DNA of 64,000 bases from the sequence record NZ_CP069678.1. One strand, written 5' to 3'. Shown in pieces: positions 1 to 11,607 of the stretch. This stretch comes from a plasmid. Position numbers and translations under genes: made by a program. The notes under the pieces are model-generated. The model was given only the letters and a program-made list of their open reading frames with translations, was not told the DNA's origin and ran no database searches. The stretch's first letter is position 1, and every line of letters begins with the position of its first letter.

Positions 1-978
1 GTGGATAAGTCCTCCGGTGAGCTGGTGACACTGACACCAAACAATAACAACACCGTACAACCTGTGGCGCTGATGCGTCTGGGCGTTTTTGTACCGACCC
101 TTAAATCACTGAAGAACAGTAAAAAAAATACACTGTCACGTACTGATGCCACGGAAGAGCTGACACGTCTTTCCCTGGCCCGTGCTGAGGGATTCGATAA
201 GGTTGAGATCACCGGCCCCCGCCTGGATATGGATAATGATTTCAAGACCTGGGTGGGGATCATTCATTCCTTTGCCCGCCATAACGTGATTGGTGACAAA
301 GTTGAACTGCCTTTTGTTGAGTTTGCAAAACTGTGTGGTATACCTTCAAGCCAGTCATCCCGCAGGCTGCGTGAGCGCATCAGCCCTTCCCTGAAGCGCA
401 TTGCCGGTACCGTGATTTCGTTTTCCCGTACCGATGAGAAGCACACCCGGGAATATATCACCCATCTGGTACAGTCAGCTTACTACGATACTGAGCGGGA
501 TATTGTGCAGTTACAGGCCGATCCCCGCCTGTTTGAACTGTACCAGTTTGACAGAAAAGTCCTTCTCCAGCTTAAGGCGATTAATGCCCTGAAGCGACGG
601 GAGTCCGCCCAGGCACTCTACACCTTTATAGAGAGCCTGCCCCGGGATCCGGCACCGATATCGCTGGCGCGGCTGCGTGCACGCCTCAATCTGAAGTCTC
701 CTGTATTTTCCCAGAACCAGACGGTCAGACGGGCAATGGAGCAGTTGCGCGAGATTGGATATCTTGATTACACGGAGATCCAGCGGGGGCGGACAAAATT
801 CTTCTGTATTCACTACCGGCGTCCCCGGTTAAAAGCGCCGAATGACGAGAGTAAGGAAAATCCGTTGCAACCTTCACCTGCGGAAAAAGTCAGTCCGGAG
901 ATGGCGGAGAAGCTTGCCCTGCTTGAGAAACTGGGCATCACGCTGGATGACCTGGAAAAACTCTTCAAATCCCGCTGA
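1..978 (+). CDS. repA: RepFIB replication initiator RepA (325 aa, GTG start at window position 1)
   Basis: Full-length ORF whose protein I recognise as the RepFIB (P307/F-type) RepA. It is followed immediately by the characteristic iteron array. Confidence 0.85.
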   Translation: MDKSSGELVTLTPNNNNTVQPVALMRLGVFVPTLKSLKNSKKNTLSRTDATEELTRLSLARAEGFDKVEITGPRLDMDNDFKTWVGIIHSFARHNVIGDKVELPFVEFAKLCGIPSSQSSRRLRERISPSLKRIAGTVISFSRTDEKHTREYITHLVQSAYYDTERDIVQLQADPRLFELYQFDRKVLLQLKAINALKRRESAQALYTFIESLPRDPAPISLARLRARLNLKSPVFSQNQTVRRAMEQLREIGYLDYTEIQRGRTKFFCIHYRRPRLKAPNDESKENPLQPSPAEKVSPEMAEKLALLEKLGITLDDLEKLFKSR

Positions 979-980
979 AC

Positions 981-1250
981 ATAAACTGTAGTCAGTGAAG
1001 AGCGCTCCTTTACTGACTACAGCTTATATTAACCGGCGCAGTGAGTGGTCTGCTCACTGCAGTTTATATTCTGTTTCCTGCAGTGCTGTCTGTAGCTGAG
1101 CTGCCATCTGCCTGTCCCTTACGTAAGTGATCCCGTAACCTGATCCTGAGGCATTGCTCCCTTCATAAAACATGACTTACTCACTACAGCTTATATACAT
1201 GCTCCAGCTTATGTTATGTCTGTTCTGCTGACCACAGCTTATATAAGGAA
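981..1250. repeat. RepFIB iteron cluster downstream of repA
   Basis: Repeated ~ACAGCTTATAT(T/A) motifs at ~1012-1030, 1053-1070, 1184-1200, 1231-1247, a partial copy at 1201-1218 and an inverted copy at 981-997. One more copy lies at 1628-1642. Confidence 0.7.
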
Positions 1251-1262
1251 GCGCGTATGCCG

Positions 1263-2003
1263 TCACCTCAGGGGAGGCAGTGTACGCAGGATCTCCGCAG
1301 CATCCCGCCCGTCACCTGTGAAAGGCACTGCCAGCGTGGCAGCCATATCCAGTGCAAACACTCTGGTATAAACCTCCATCGAACGTGGATCCCTGTGACC
1401 AACCAGTGCCTGGATGACTTTCCGGGGCTGGCGGTGATAGAGCATGTGCATGATATAGCTGTGCCGGAAGGTGTGTGGTGTGACCGGAATCGAAAAGTGT
1501 ACTCCGTCAGCTTCGGCCCGTCTGACAGCCTGCTTCAGCCAGTTGCGCATGGTTTCGTCGGTCACGGCCCATAATGGTTCACGACGACGGGGCCGGGTGG
1601 TGATCATCCAGCTTTCCATCTGCCTGACATAGCTTATATCTGTCAGCGGAACCAGGCGCACTTCATCTTTTGGCGGGCGTCCGCGTCGCGCACGCACTTT
1701 TTCGGACAGGATCCGCACAAACGGTCTTACTCCATTCAGGTCAAATGATTCCGGCGTCAGCATCCGGGCTTCGCCAATACGCATTCCGGTATTCCAGAGG
1801 GTGGCGAACAGCATATGGTGACGCTGATCCGGCATATAGAAGAGAAGGGCACTCACTTCCGGGGCCAGCAGGTAGGCCGGTGTGGCCCCCGTGGAAGTGG
1901 CCATTCTTCTCAGGGAGAGCGCTGTTGCAAAATCCACCCCCGGCGCAATGGGTAACAGGGAGACGCGTTCAGGTGAATTCTGCAGGGGAATGACATTGTT
2001 CAT
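1263..2003 (-). CDS. int: tyrosine site-specific recombinase (phage-integrase family) associated with RepFIB
   Basis: 246-aa ORF with a C-terminal HxxR ... H ... Y catalytic signature ([12 protein letters not shown]...[14 protein letters not shown]). Position next to the RepFIB repA is typical. Confidence 0.8.
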   Translation of the reverse strand: MNNVIPLQNSPERVSLLPIAPGVDFATALSLRRMATSTGATPAYLLAPEVSALLFYMPDQRHHMLFATLWNTGMRIGEARMLTPESFDLNGVRPFVRILSEKVRARRGRPPKDEVRLVPLTDISYVRQMESWMITTRPRRREPLWAVTDETMRNWLKQAVRRAEADGVHFSIPVTPHTFRHSYIMHMLYHRQPRKVIQALVGHRDPRSMEVYTRVFALDMAATLAVPFTGDGRDAAEILRTLPPLR

Positions 2004-2685
2004 GAGTTATTTTTCACGTAGCACACGCACTGTTTATGGATACAGGTATTCTGACCTGAACGCCCGGATCCTTCCACGACAATAAATCGCAGCGCGCGGA
2101 TCCTTTTGTTTGATTATCACGCATTATTGCGGGTAAAACCAAATACATAAAGGCGCATTTTGCCGCTGGGATCCCGTCTTAAGCCAGTCATGGTGCGGGC
2201 TGAGGGCTGGTTTACCGTTTTTGGGAGAATTGGGGTAATGCCAGGACAGGCAGAAACGGAAAAAAAATCCTGCAGACGCCCTTAAAAGACAACTGAAAAT
2301 TTCTGACTCCATATTCCTCTGGTTTCAGACTGCTTAATCACATCATCAACCTGATACATAATAAACAGATTCTGTTCACAGAATGAACAATTAAGTAAAT
2401 AGTTAGATTATGCGAAAAAGTACAGATATTTCTCACCATCGTTATTGAATAATATGTCTTCACACAAACAATATTAATATTTTGAGTGTAAGCCCTGACT
2501 CAAAGAAAGAAATGTCTGTTTTCGGAATCAAAAATATATAGTTATCAAAATACATTAATTTCAAATTTGAAATTAATGTAAAACGATTTAGTAAATGTTA
2601 TGACATTATAAATCTACTCCTCCATGTTTAGAGGAGTATTTGCAGACTGGACACTCTTATATAGTTACTTACCTTTATACATATT

Positions 2686-3594
2686 CTAACATAAGCATTT
2701 ACCAACCTTACAGGGAACAGACCATAGTAGTTTATATTTCCATTCAGGTCTGAATGCACCGATAGAATATATCATCTTTTTATTATTATCCTGACAATAC
2801 CTTCGTGCTTTATCTATATTCAGCCACATAAGGACACTTCCCGGACTTAGTTTCATACAATTCTCATCATTCAGAACTGCACCATTTGGAACGTCATAAT
2901 AAACATTACATGAGCTTTCAGATTTCAGTACTATATCAATAGCACACGGTTTATTATCCCAGAATAGCACATGGCCAAACATAAGTTCTCGTAAGTGAGA
3001 AATAAACATTAACAGATTATCATATTCGTAGCAAGGTAGGGTACCTCCAAACCGGGAATGAAAAAGTGATATATAAGAGCTGGATATTTCTTTATCGGAT
3101 AACTGGCTTATACACTTAATCTCTCCGCCATTCCTGATAAATCTCTGGATTTCATTTCGGCGAGTTTTTTCAAATTTAGGTGAAAAAGATTCCTTTATAA
3201 TACAATTTTGTTTTTTTCTGGCTATTTTCCATGTTGCATTGATAATATTTTGTTTATTTATAATTGATAATTTATTAGTTTTATCCGGAAAAAAACATCT
3301 TGCATGTGGGGAAAAAGGAATTAATACCTCATCAGATGAAAGAGGATAAGACCTTCTTGCCATTATCCCAATTTGTTTTCCATTGCACAGAAAATATGAG
3401 CCTTTGATATCACCATCTTTTTCATAGTGAAAAAAATCAAACTTCCAGTCATGATGTATCATAAAGTATGAAACAACATCCGGATGCATGTTTACACTAC
3501 CACCGTATTTTTCAAAAGTTTTTTTGTACGTTTCGAATGTAGATGGTTTCCAGGCCGTAATAATGCGCTTTATATTTTTAATTGACAAAGTCAT
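2686..3594 (-). CDS. mig-14: Mig-14 family protein (mig-14-like)
   Basis: 302-aa ORF, visibly AT-rich. It sits 62 bp downstream of hlyF on the same strand, the arrangement known from ColV-type plasmids. Confidence 0.6.
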   Translation of the reverse strand: MTLSIKNIKRIITAWKPSTFETYKKTFEKYGGSVNMHPDVVSYFMIHHDWKFDFFHYEKDGDIKGSYFLCNGKQIGIMARRSYPLSSDEVLIPFSPHARCFFPDKTNKLSIINKQNIINATWKIARKKQNCIIKESFSPKFEKTRRNEIQRFIRNGGEIKCISQLSDKEISSSYISLFHSRFGGTLPCYEYDNLLMFISHLRELMFGHVLFWDNKPCAIDIVLKSESSCNVYYDVPNGAVLNDENCMKLSPGSVLMWLNIDKARRYCQDNNKKMIYSIGAFRPEWKYKLLWSVPCKVGKCLC

Positions 3595-3656
3595 ATCCTC
3601 GGCGTTTTTATATGTTATGAGTGCAACACCAACAATAATTCTGATTATGATAAATA

Positions 3657-4766
3657 TTATTTAAAATCAACTTCCATTTGTTGTTGAATTGAAAGGTGTT
3701 TTGTCGTTTCTATACAGTATTTAATATAATCAGTAAACTTTGGCGGTTTAGGCATTCCGATACTCAGTAGCTTGTCGTTACTGAAACAAACATTGAGCAT
3801 ACTGAACGCTCCATATAAACGAATGGCTTTTAACATAAGGCGTTCGTTACAGGGACCAAAAATATTTTTAAAATCATGACGGCTCATTGCCAGTATGTCA
3901 TAACTGACTTTAGTATATCTGTCTCCAACAGGATCACAGTTCAAAGCACGGGCTACAGCTTCGTCAATAGCAGAGAACGTCACACTACTTTCTTTACCTG
4001 CTGATATATGAACAATCTCACCATTAATTAACGAACTTTCAAGCAACATTAGCAATGCATCAGCACAATAATCTACAGGGATAACATCTATTTTATCATC
4101 CAGAGAGCACATAAATTTTTGCAACATTAACCCCATTCTGAATACCCAGAAAATACTGGTTGAAGGTAAGCACCCTAAACGACTGTGGCCAACAATAATT
4201 GATGGTCGGGCAACCAACAAAGGTAAATCAGGACACTGCTTACGCATCAGATATTCTATTGTTGCTTTTGAATGCGTATACTCCACTAAATGTTCACCTG
4301 TTTCTGATGAAGCAGACTCTTCCTTAACTAGCGACCCCGTATGAGGTGTACAAGACATAGCAGTACCAACATGAAGGAAGCGTTTCAGTCCTGCCACTTT
4401 TGCCATTCTTCTTGCAAAAGCAAGTGTACCTGTAACATTCACATTCCATATAAAAGGATTATTACCAAAAGAAGCTATAGCCGCACAGTTTATAACATGA
4501 GTGACTTCATCAAGACGAGGATCCATGAGAAAGGCTTCCGGATTATTTAGATCCCCAGGCAAGATGTTATCATTAGTTAATGCATGCAACCTTTCCTCAC
4601 AAACATTAAATTTACGCATATTTTCTTTAATTCTTTCCAGTCCCGCTTGTGGAGTAGGTGCTCGTACTAAAAGTAGCAAATTTATATTATTACAGTTATC
4701 CAGCAGCTTATCCAGGACCGCGCCACCAAGAAATCCTGTTGCACCTGTAAGTAATAACAATTTCAT
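3657..4766 (-). CDS. hlyF: HlyF, NAD(P)-dependent epimerase/dehydratase-family (extended SDR) protein
   Basis: 369-aa ORF with an N-terminal Rossmann motif (TGATGFLGG). Length and sequence match the plasmid HlyF. Visibly AT-rich. Confidence 0.8.
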   Translation of the reverse strand: MKLLLLTGATGFLGGAVLDKLLDNCNNINLLLLVRAPTPQAGLERIKENMRKFNVCEERLHALTNDNILPGDLNNPEAFLMDPRLDEVTHVINCAAIASFGNNPFIWNVNVTGTLAFARRMAKVAGLKRFLHVGTAMSCTPHTGSLVKEESASSETGEHLVEYTHSKATIEYLMRKQCPDLPLLVARPSIIVGHSRLGCLPSTSIFWVFRMGLMLQKFMCSLDDKIDVIPVDYCADALLMLLESSLINGEIVHISAGKESSVTFSAIDEAVARALNCDPVGDRYTKVSYDILAMSRHDFKNIFGPCNERLMLKAIRLYGAFSMLNVCFSNDKLLSIGMPKPPKFTDYIKYCIETTKHLSIQQQMEVDFK

Positions 4767-5198
4767 ATCTAACCTCTTTTGTTTTCATGTAATCATTATA
4801 AAAATAAATTATCTTACATAAACTATGATTAAACAAAATCAAGAGAGATTAAATGTAAAAACAATGTTTATTTTTATACGACAGGATCCTTCAGGTTATT
4901 GCGAGTGTTTTTATTGGATGGTCTTCTTATTATTGACGAGTAATAGAATTATAATAAAATTCATATTATTAACATCGCTTATCAATTATTTTTATGTCGA
5001 TAACACTGTGTCGTTATGCATGAAGAGTGGCAGAGCAGCATCTTTAAAAATACAAGAGTTAACAGAAACACTTTTATCGTTGAGCACATATACCCTCCAC
5101 ATATTATAAAAAATCAAAAGACCACCATCAGAAGTGCTGGCCTTTTGTTTATCATATTTAAAGTGTCATGAAAAAGTTAAAAACAGGCATGCTTCAGG

Positions 5199-6158
5199 TT
5201 AAAAATAATACTTCAGACCAGCTGTGGTCATAAAGTTATAGCTTTCAATGCCTGCACCATTTTTGGTGTGATCAGATATATTCAAATTTCTGGAGTACAG
5301 AGAAGTATCACCTTTCTTATTAGTAATACGGTTCCATGTTCCTTCGACATAAACTTTAGCTGCAGGTGTAATATAATAACCAGCATGTAGTGAGACAGAG
5401 TAATAGTTCTGATTATTTACATCGCTACGATAGGTGATCCTTTTCTCAGGGTTGTAATGCTCATCATTATCCGATGCCTTCACCCATCCGCTATATTTGA
5501 AACTCCCCCCGAACTCAAAGCTATCATACCGATAATTACCGGTTAACCCTATATAGGGCATTTTAAAGTGTTGTTTGTAGCCTATAGCTCTTTCACCATC
5601 TGGAAATGATCCCGTTTCATCCCGGAAGCCTCCCTCACTACTATAGATATAAGAGCCTCCTTTTGCTGTAAAGCTATAACGATTTTCCTGGTAACCAGCC
5701 ATAAGACCTAACTGATAGTCTGGTTGATTCAGGAGCCATCCCTTAATATTCAGGTCGAATTCATTAGCAAAATTTAGACGGGTATTCGGATGTTTACTCT
5801 CATCAGTCCAGGTTCCGGGATTGCTCGTATCCAGCCAGTCCCTGTCCACCATATTGCCTCCACGACCAGCTAATGTTGTCCACCCTGAGGCACCGACAGA
5901 TACTCTGGGTAACAGATCCCAGTTAAATGCCCCCTTGACAATTGGCGCATTACTGTATTTCCAGTCCAGCTGGCTGGCTTTGCGCCCTTTTTCTTCAGGC
6001 AGATAAACCCGTTCTTTGGCCTTGCCACTTAAAGTGCCAAAATCAATCTCCGTACTGATTTTCTCCGGTGTAAAAGAAAGCCCAGTATCAGAAGCCAGTG
6101 CAGCAAACGCTACAGGAGCTGAGAGTGCAGTAGCAAGAATCTTTAAGTACATAGACAA
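5199..6158 (-). CDS. ompT: plasmid-encoded omptin outer-membrane protease OmpT (ompTp)
   Basis: 319-aa ORF collinear with E. coli OmpT: signal peptide, conserved DWKY/NWDL/GYQESRYSF/DEHY blocks and a C-terminal aromatic residue. Confidence 0.85.
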   Translation of the reverse strand: MSMYLKILATALSAPVAFAALASDTGLSFTPEKISTEIDFGTLSGKAKERVYLPEEKGRKASQLDWKYSNAPIVKGAFNWDLLPRVSVGASGWTTLAGRGGNMVDRDWLDTSNPGTWTDESKHPNTRLNFANEFDLNIKGWLLNQPDYQLGLMAGYQENRYSFTAKGGSYIYSSEGGFRDETGSFPDGERAIGYKQHFKMPYIGLTGNYRYDSFEFGGSFKYSGWVKASDNDEHYNPEKRITYRSDVNNQNYYSVSLHAGYYITPAAKVYVEGTWNRITNKKGDTSLYSRNLNISDHTKNGAGIESYNFMTTAGLKYYF

Positions 6159-7399
6159 GTTAACTCCATTCCACTCGTTTGTTTTTGATAAATATTTTTT
6201 TATTTACTCGTAGTAGTCAACTGAAAAATGCTGTTTTGTTTAACGTTTGTTTACAATGTGGCCGCATGTCGCTTTATTTATTCCCTTTTATGTCAGAATA
6301 TCAGGGGAGTCAGTCAAACCCGGTATGATTACTGCCCCGGTCATCCATGTTCCAGGAAATATCAGGGCATACAGGGTGCTGGTAACTGCGAATAAGGCCC
6401 TGGTCGGACACTTTATGCCGGGAACGTCTGTAACATGGAAACCGGTACCTTCTTCCTGGGTTTATTTTGTTAACTCTTATCTAAAGGGAGACAAAATGGC
6501 CAAATCCTGCGATTATGAAGCAATCAGGGTTTTTATTAGCGTTAATGTCGGCAAATATACCAATAACGCCATTACAGTTAATTATTCAGATAGCGTTTGT
6601 GCGACAAGGCATTACCATTCGACGAAAATAAACTCAGGTGGTTGATATCAGAAATCAACCGTGGCTCCACCTACAAAAAAAGTTGCTGGTTTATAAATCC
6701 CTCCTTTCTGATTAATAAGAAAACTAATAACATATGAGTATAATTACTTGTTCAGATAGGTTAATTATCTTCGTGATTGATATTTATTTGGTTTCAGTAA
6801 AAATGATGTTTTTATTATAAAGTTTATAAATACCAAGTCGGTGGTGTTTATTAGTGTAATGGAGGGGAGTGCGTAAATCGTTACATGTAACACTTCCTTC
6901 CAATAATACTTTATAAATCAATAAATGTATGATTACTTATTTCCTGAAATATCACATATATTGCTATATTTCTTAACGAGATATTCTTATTTTATTGATG
7001 ATTGCATCTCTTTTATTTAATGTAAAGCTTTCTTATTAATCTTCTAATGTATTGCAAAATGGTAGATGCTGAGTAATCAACAGACTTGTATGTAAAGTCA
7101 AGATTAACGTTGCTAAAGCACGCATCAATTTTCTGATAAAAGGATGTGGTTGTTTTTTTCGATAAAAAAAATTCTTGTCTAACCGCTGGTGAAATAAGAT
7201 TATTATTACCCCGGATTAATACTGAGCCTAACAATAGAATACAAAAAAAACAAAATGCTTTAAATAAGGGGAGCACTATAAGTTATCCTCTTTACTTTAT
7301 GCTTACCAACTCATTTTGTTACTTTATAACATAACTCATCTTGCGTTGTAAACAGACTCGTTTTAGTTCCATGCACCTTTTGAGATCGTGACCAAATAA

Positions 7400-7650
7400 T
7401 GGCGTTAGTGATGTTCTTCCAGTGTCATATGGTTAAGTGGTTGATATGGCGTTCACTGTTATATTCTGACAACCAGTTTGCCGCCAGTTCCCGCTTTTCA
7501 TCCAGCGTTCTGAACAGACAAAAACCGAGTATTTTTGTTCGGTATGTCCGGTTAAAACTCTCGATAAAAGCGTTCTGCGCCAACTTACCTGATTGGGTAA
7601 TCTCCAGTTTTACTACATGTTTTTCTGCGCATTACGTCCGTGTTGGATAA
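7400..7650 (-). pseudogene. IS3-family transposase OrfB C-terminal remnant
   Basis: Minus-strand translation gives ...GKLAQNAFIESFNRTYRTKILGFCLFRTLDEKRELAANWLSEYNSERHI... (the DDE-integrase C-terminus). There is no start codon and the IS629-like element abuts it. Confidence 0.5.
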
Positions 7651-7711
7651 AAAAAATCCTGGCCATAATCTATGCGAATCATAGCTGGATAGACATGGTT
7701 TTCCGCAATCC

Positions 7712-9010
7712 TTGAACCGCCCCGGGAATCCTGGAGACTAAACTCCCTGAGAAAGAGGTAAACAGGATGACTAAAAATACTCGTTTTTCCCCCGAAGTCC
7801 GTCAGAGGGCGATTCGTATGGTTCTGGAAAGTCAGGGCGAATATGACTCACAGTGGGCGGCAATTTGTTCCATTGCCCCAAAGATTGGCTGTACACCGGA
7901 GACTCTGCGTGTCTGGGTACGCCAGCATGAGCGGGATACCGGAGGCGGTGATGGCGGGCTCACCACCGCTGAACGTCAGCGTCTGAAAGAGCTGGAACGT
8001 GAAAATCGTGAACTGCGCCGCAGTAACGATATCCTTCGCCAGGCTTCCGCTTATTTTGCGAAGGCGGAGTTCGACCGCCTCTGGAAAAAATGATGCCACT
8101 GCTGGATAAGCTGCGTGAGCAGTACGGGGTCGGACCGCTATGCAGCGAACTGCATATTGCCCCGTCAACGTATTACCACTGTCAGCAACAGCGACATCAT
8201 CCGGATAAACGCAGTGCCCGTGCGCAGCGCGATGACTGGCTGAAGAGAGAGATACAGCGCGTATACGATGTACGGTGTGCGTAAAGTCTGGCGTCAGTTG
8301 TTACGGGAAGGAATCAGGGTGGCCAGATGTACAGTGGCGCGCCTCATGGCGGTTATGGGACTTTCCGGTGTTCTCCGGGGTAAAAAGGTCCGCACTACCG
8401 TCAGCCGGAAAGCCGTTGTCGCAGGCGACCGCGTAAACCGTCAGTTCGTGGCAGAACGTCCTGACCAGTTGTGGGTGGCTGATTCTACTTACGTCAGCAC
8501 ATGGCAGGGGGTCGTCTATGTGGCGTTCATCATTGATGTGTTTGCCGGATACATCGTGGGGTGGCGGGTCTCATCGTCTATGGAAACGACATTTGTGCTG
8601 GATGCTCTGGAGCAGGCGTTATGGGCCCGTCGACCGTCCGGCACAGTCCATCACAGTGATAAAGGTTCTCAGTATGTATCGCTGGCCTACACACAGCGGC
8701 TTAAGGAAGCCGGATTACTGGCATCAACAGGAAGTACAGGCGACTCGTATGACAACGCGATGGCGGAGAGCATCAATGGCCTTTACAAAGCGGAGGTAAT
8801 ACACCGTAAGAGCTGGAAAAACCGTGCAGAAGTGGAACTGGCCACACTCACGTGGGTGGACTGGTATAACAATCGACGATTGCTGGAAAGGCTGGGCCAT
8901 ACTCCTCCGGCAGAAGCAGAAAAAGCTTATTATGCTTCCATCGGAAACGATGATCTGGCAGCCTGAGTTCACAGATAAAACACTCTCCAGGAAACCCGGG
9001 GCGGTTCACC
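7712..9010 (+). mobile_element. IS3-family insertion sequence, IS629/IS1203-like
   Basis: orfA lies at 7767-8093 and orfB at 8090-8966, split by a frameshift at ~8268-8284 (programmed -1 type). Terminal inverted repeats TGAACCGCCCCGGG... lie at both ends (7713 and 9008 reverse-complement). Confidence 0.75.
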
Positions 9011-9139
9011 TACAGAGTACCGCTACCACTTGTGAAGCTGGCAGATTCAGATTGTTTTCAATCGACAACGCCTCATAGTTAAAGTCATCAACGACATTGA
9101 ACGTGTGAAGTGGTCAACAAAAACTGGCCACCGAGTTAG

Positions 9140-9770
<631 letters not shown>

Positions 9771-10398
9771 TCAACAACTTGGAAGGAGTAAGACTACTCG
9801 TGGCGATTCAATATTAGATCATTGATGGAGATATAAATGGCTCACTTTTTATCGGTTGTTGACGATACGTTTATCAAGTATACATGAAAATTTCTTCATA
9901 CCAGCTATATGAGACGTTAAGACTAATAATCTTACTCCCAAAATGACTATGTTGTTGCAGTTTGGTTTATTGACTCTTGTCTATAGTTCACCGAATGCCA
10001 AGATGAGGGAGCGAGGAACTTTACTGTCTACGCCTCTCTTCCTGGTTACAAAGACAAGCGTAAAACTCACCATCCATTAGAACTAAAGGCACTTTCCTGA
10101 GCAGAGTTTTCATCTGCAAGATAAAAGCTATTTTACAGCCGTAAAGTCCAGTGAAACGAAAGAGAGGTTAGTGAATTAATTACTTGATGTATTAAAGTAT
10201 AATGGGCGTAGATAACACCTTAATACGAAATCTTGTCAGGCTTTCCCGGTAATTAGTAATACTGTTGAAACAAAGCGAGAGGGGGTTAGCCCAATTTACG
10301 CAAATAAATAATAATCTTGATTATGATTAATTCCAAATAAGTATATTTTTCCAGTAGATGCTGGGCATTAACTAAGAAAACCCAGAATACCACTTTCA

Positions 10399-11607
10399 TT
10401 GTTATGGAAAACATGGACAATGTTAATGAAATATATTTCTCACCGCGCCATCATTTGTACCTTGACACTGTTGATCATTATTATCACCGTTTTGTTCACC
10501 TTTCTGAGAAGCTCTGATGTGCCAGAATATATTACTGCCCCGGTGCGCAAAGGCGATATAGAAAATTCTGTTCTGGCGACAGGCCGTATTGATGCAATTG
10601 AACGGGTAAACGTAGGGGCACAGGTATCAGGGCAATTAAAATCACTGAAAGTGAAACAGGGCGACCATGTGACTAAAGGGCAGTTGATTGCCGAAATTGA
10701 CGACCTACCTCAGTGTAACGATTTGCGTAATGCCGAAGCTGCACTCAACGAAGTGAAAGCAGAACTTCAATCCAAGCAGGCGCTCCTGAAACAGGCTGAA
10801 CTGCGTTTTAAACGCCAGCTCCGGATGCTAAGAGAAAATGCCAGCTCACACGAAGATTTTGAGTCTGCGGAGGCAATGCTTGCGACCACTCGCGCTGAAT
10901 TACATTCTCTGAATGCCAAACTGGTCCAGGCACAGATAGAAGTAGATAAGAAAAAGCTTGCCCTTGAATATACGCGAGTCGTAGCGCCAATGGATGGAAT
11001 TGTTATTGCCATTGTCACTCAGCAAGGGCAAACCGTTAACTCAAACCAGAGTGCCCCAACAATTATTAAACTCGCTCGTCTGGATGTCATGACCATTAAA
11101 GCACAGATCTCCGAGGCTGATATAACCCGTATTTCTGTGGGGCAAAAAGCCCGCTTCTCTATCTTCTCCGAACCGGACAAGCACTACAGCGCAACACTGC
11201 GTGCCGTTGAACTGGCACCAGAATCGGTAATGAAAGATGACTCTCTCGCCAGCAACACTTCAGCATCAGGCTCCGGAACTTCAAATGCGTCCGTTTATTA
11301 CAATGCTCTATTCGATGTGCCTAACCCAGAAAATCGACTTCGTATTGCCATGACTGCTCAGGTTACCCTGATTACTGATGAAGCCCAAAATACACTGCTG
11401 GTACCCATTCAGGCAGTGCACAGAAATGAGGGGAAGAAGCAACAGGTCCTGGTGCTGGCAGCAGATGGCAGGCTGGAACCCCGGAATGTGAAAACTGGTA
11501 TCACGAACAGCGTGGATATTCAGATCCTCGAAGGTTTAAATGTCGGAGAAAATGTCGTGCTGTCGCTGCCGGATAAGAAAGAGCCCGAAGAAAGGATTAT
11601 GCTGTGA
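10399..11607 (+). CDS. etsA: EtsA, MacA-like periplasmic adaptor (HlyD/membrane-fusion family)
   Basis: Membrane anchor plus coiled-coil and beta-barrel MFP architecture. The stop overlaps the etsB start (ATGCTGTGA). The listed TTG start at 10399 is doubtful; the ATG at 10420 or 10426 is more likely. Confidence 0.75.
   Translation: MLWKTWTMLMKYISHRAIICTLTLLIIIITVLFTFLRSSDVPEYITAPVRKGDIENSVLATGRIDAIERVNVGAQVSGQLKSLKVKQGDHVTKGQLIAEIDDLPQCNDLRNAEAALNEVKAELQSKQALLKQAELRFKRQLRMLRENASSHEDFESAEAMLATTRAELHSLNAKLVQAQIEVDKKKLALEYTRVVAPMDGIVIAIVTQQGQTVNSNQSAPTIIKLARLDVMTIKAQISEADITRISVGQKARFSIFSEPDKHYSATLRAVELAPESVMKDDSLASNTSASGSGTSNASVYYNALFDVPNPENRLRIAMTAQVTLITDEAQNTLLVPIQAVHRNEGKKQQVLVLAADGRLEPRNVKTGITNSVDIQILEGLNVGENVVLSLPDKKEPEERIML

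Noticed and set aside
1257-1574. Plus-strand ORFs antisense to int (1257-1574 and 1670-1993), and minus-strand ORFs inside etsB, iroB and iroC
   Set aside because: All lie entirely within, and antisense or out of frame to, confidently identified genes. They have no independent support.
6247-6645. 132-aa plus-strand ORF upstream of ompT
   Set aside because: It lies in the AT-rich ompT promoter/leader region, has no SD and matches nothing I recognise. It is probably non-coding.
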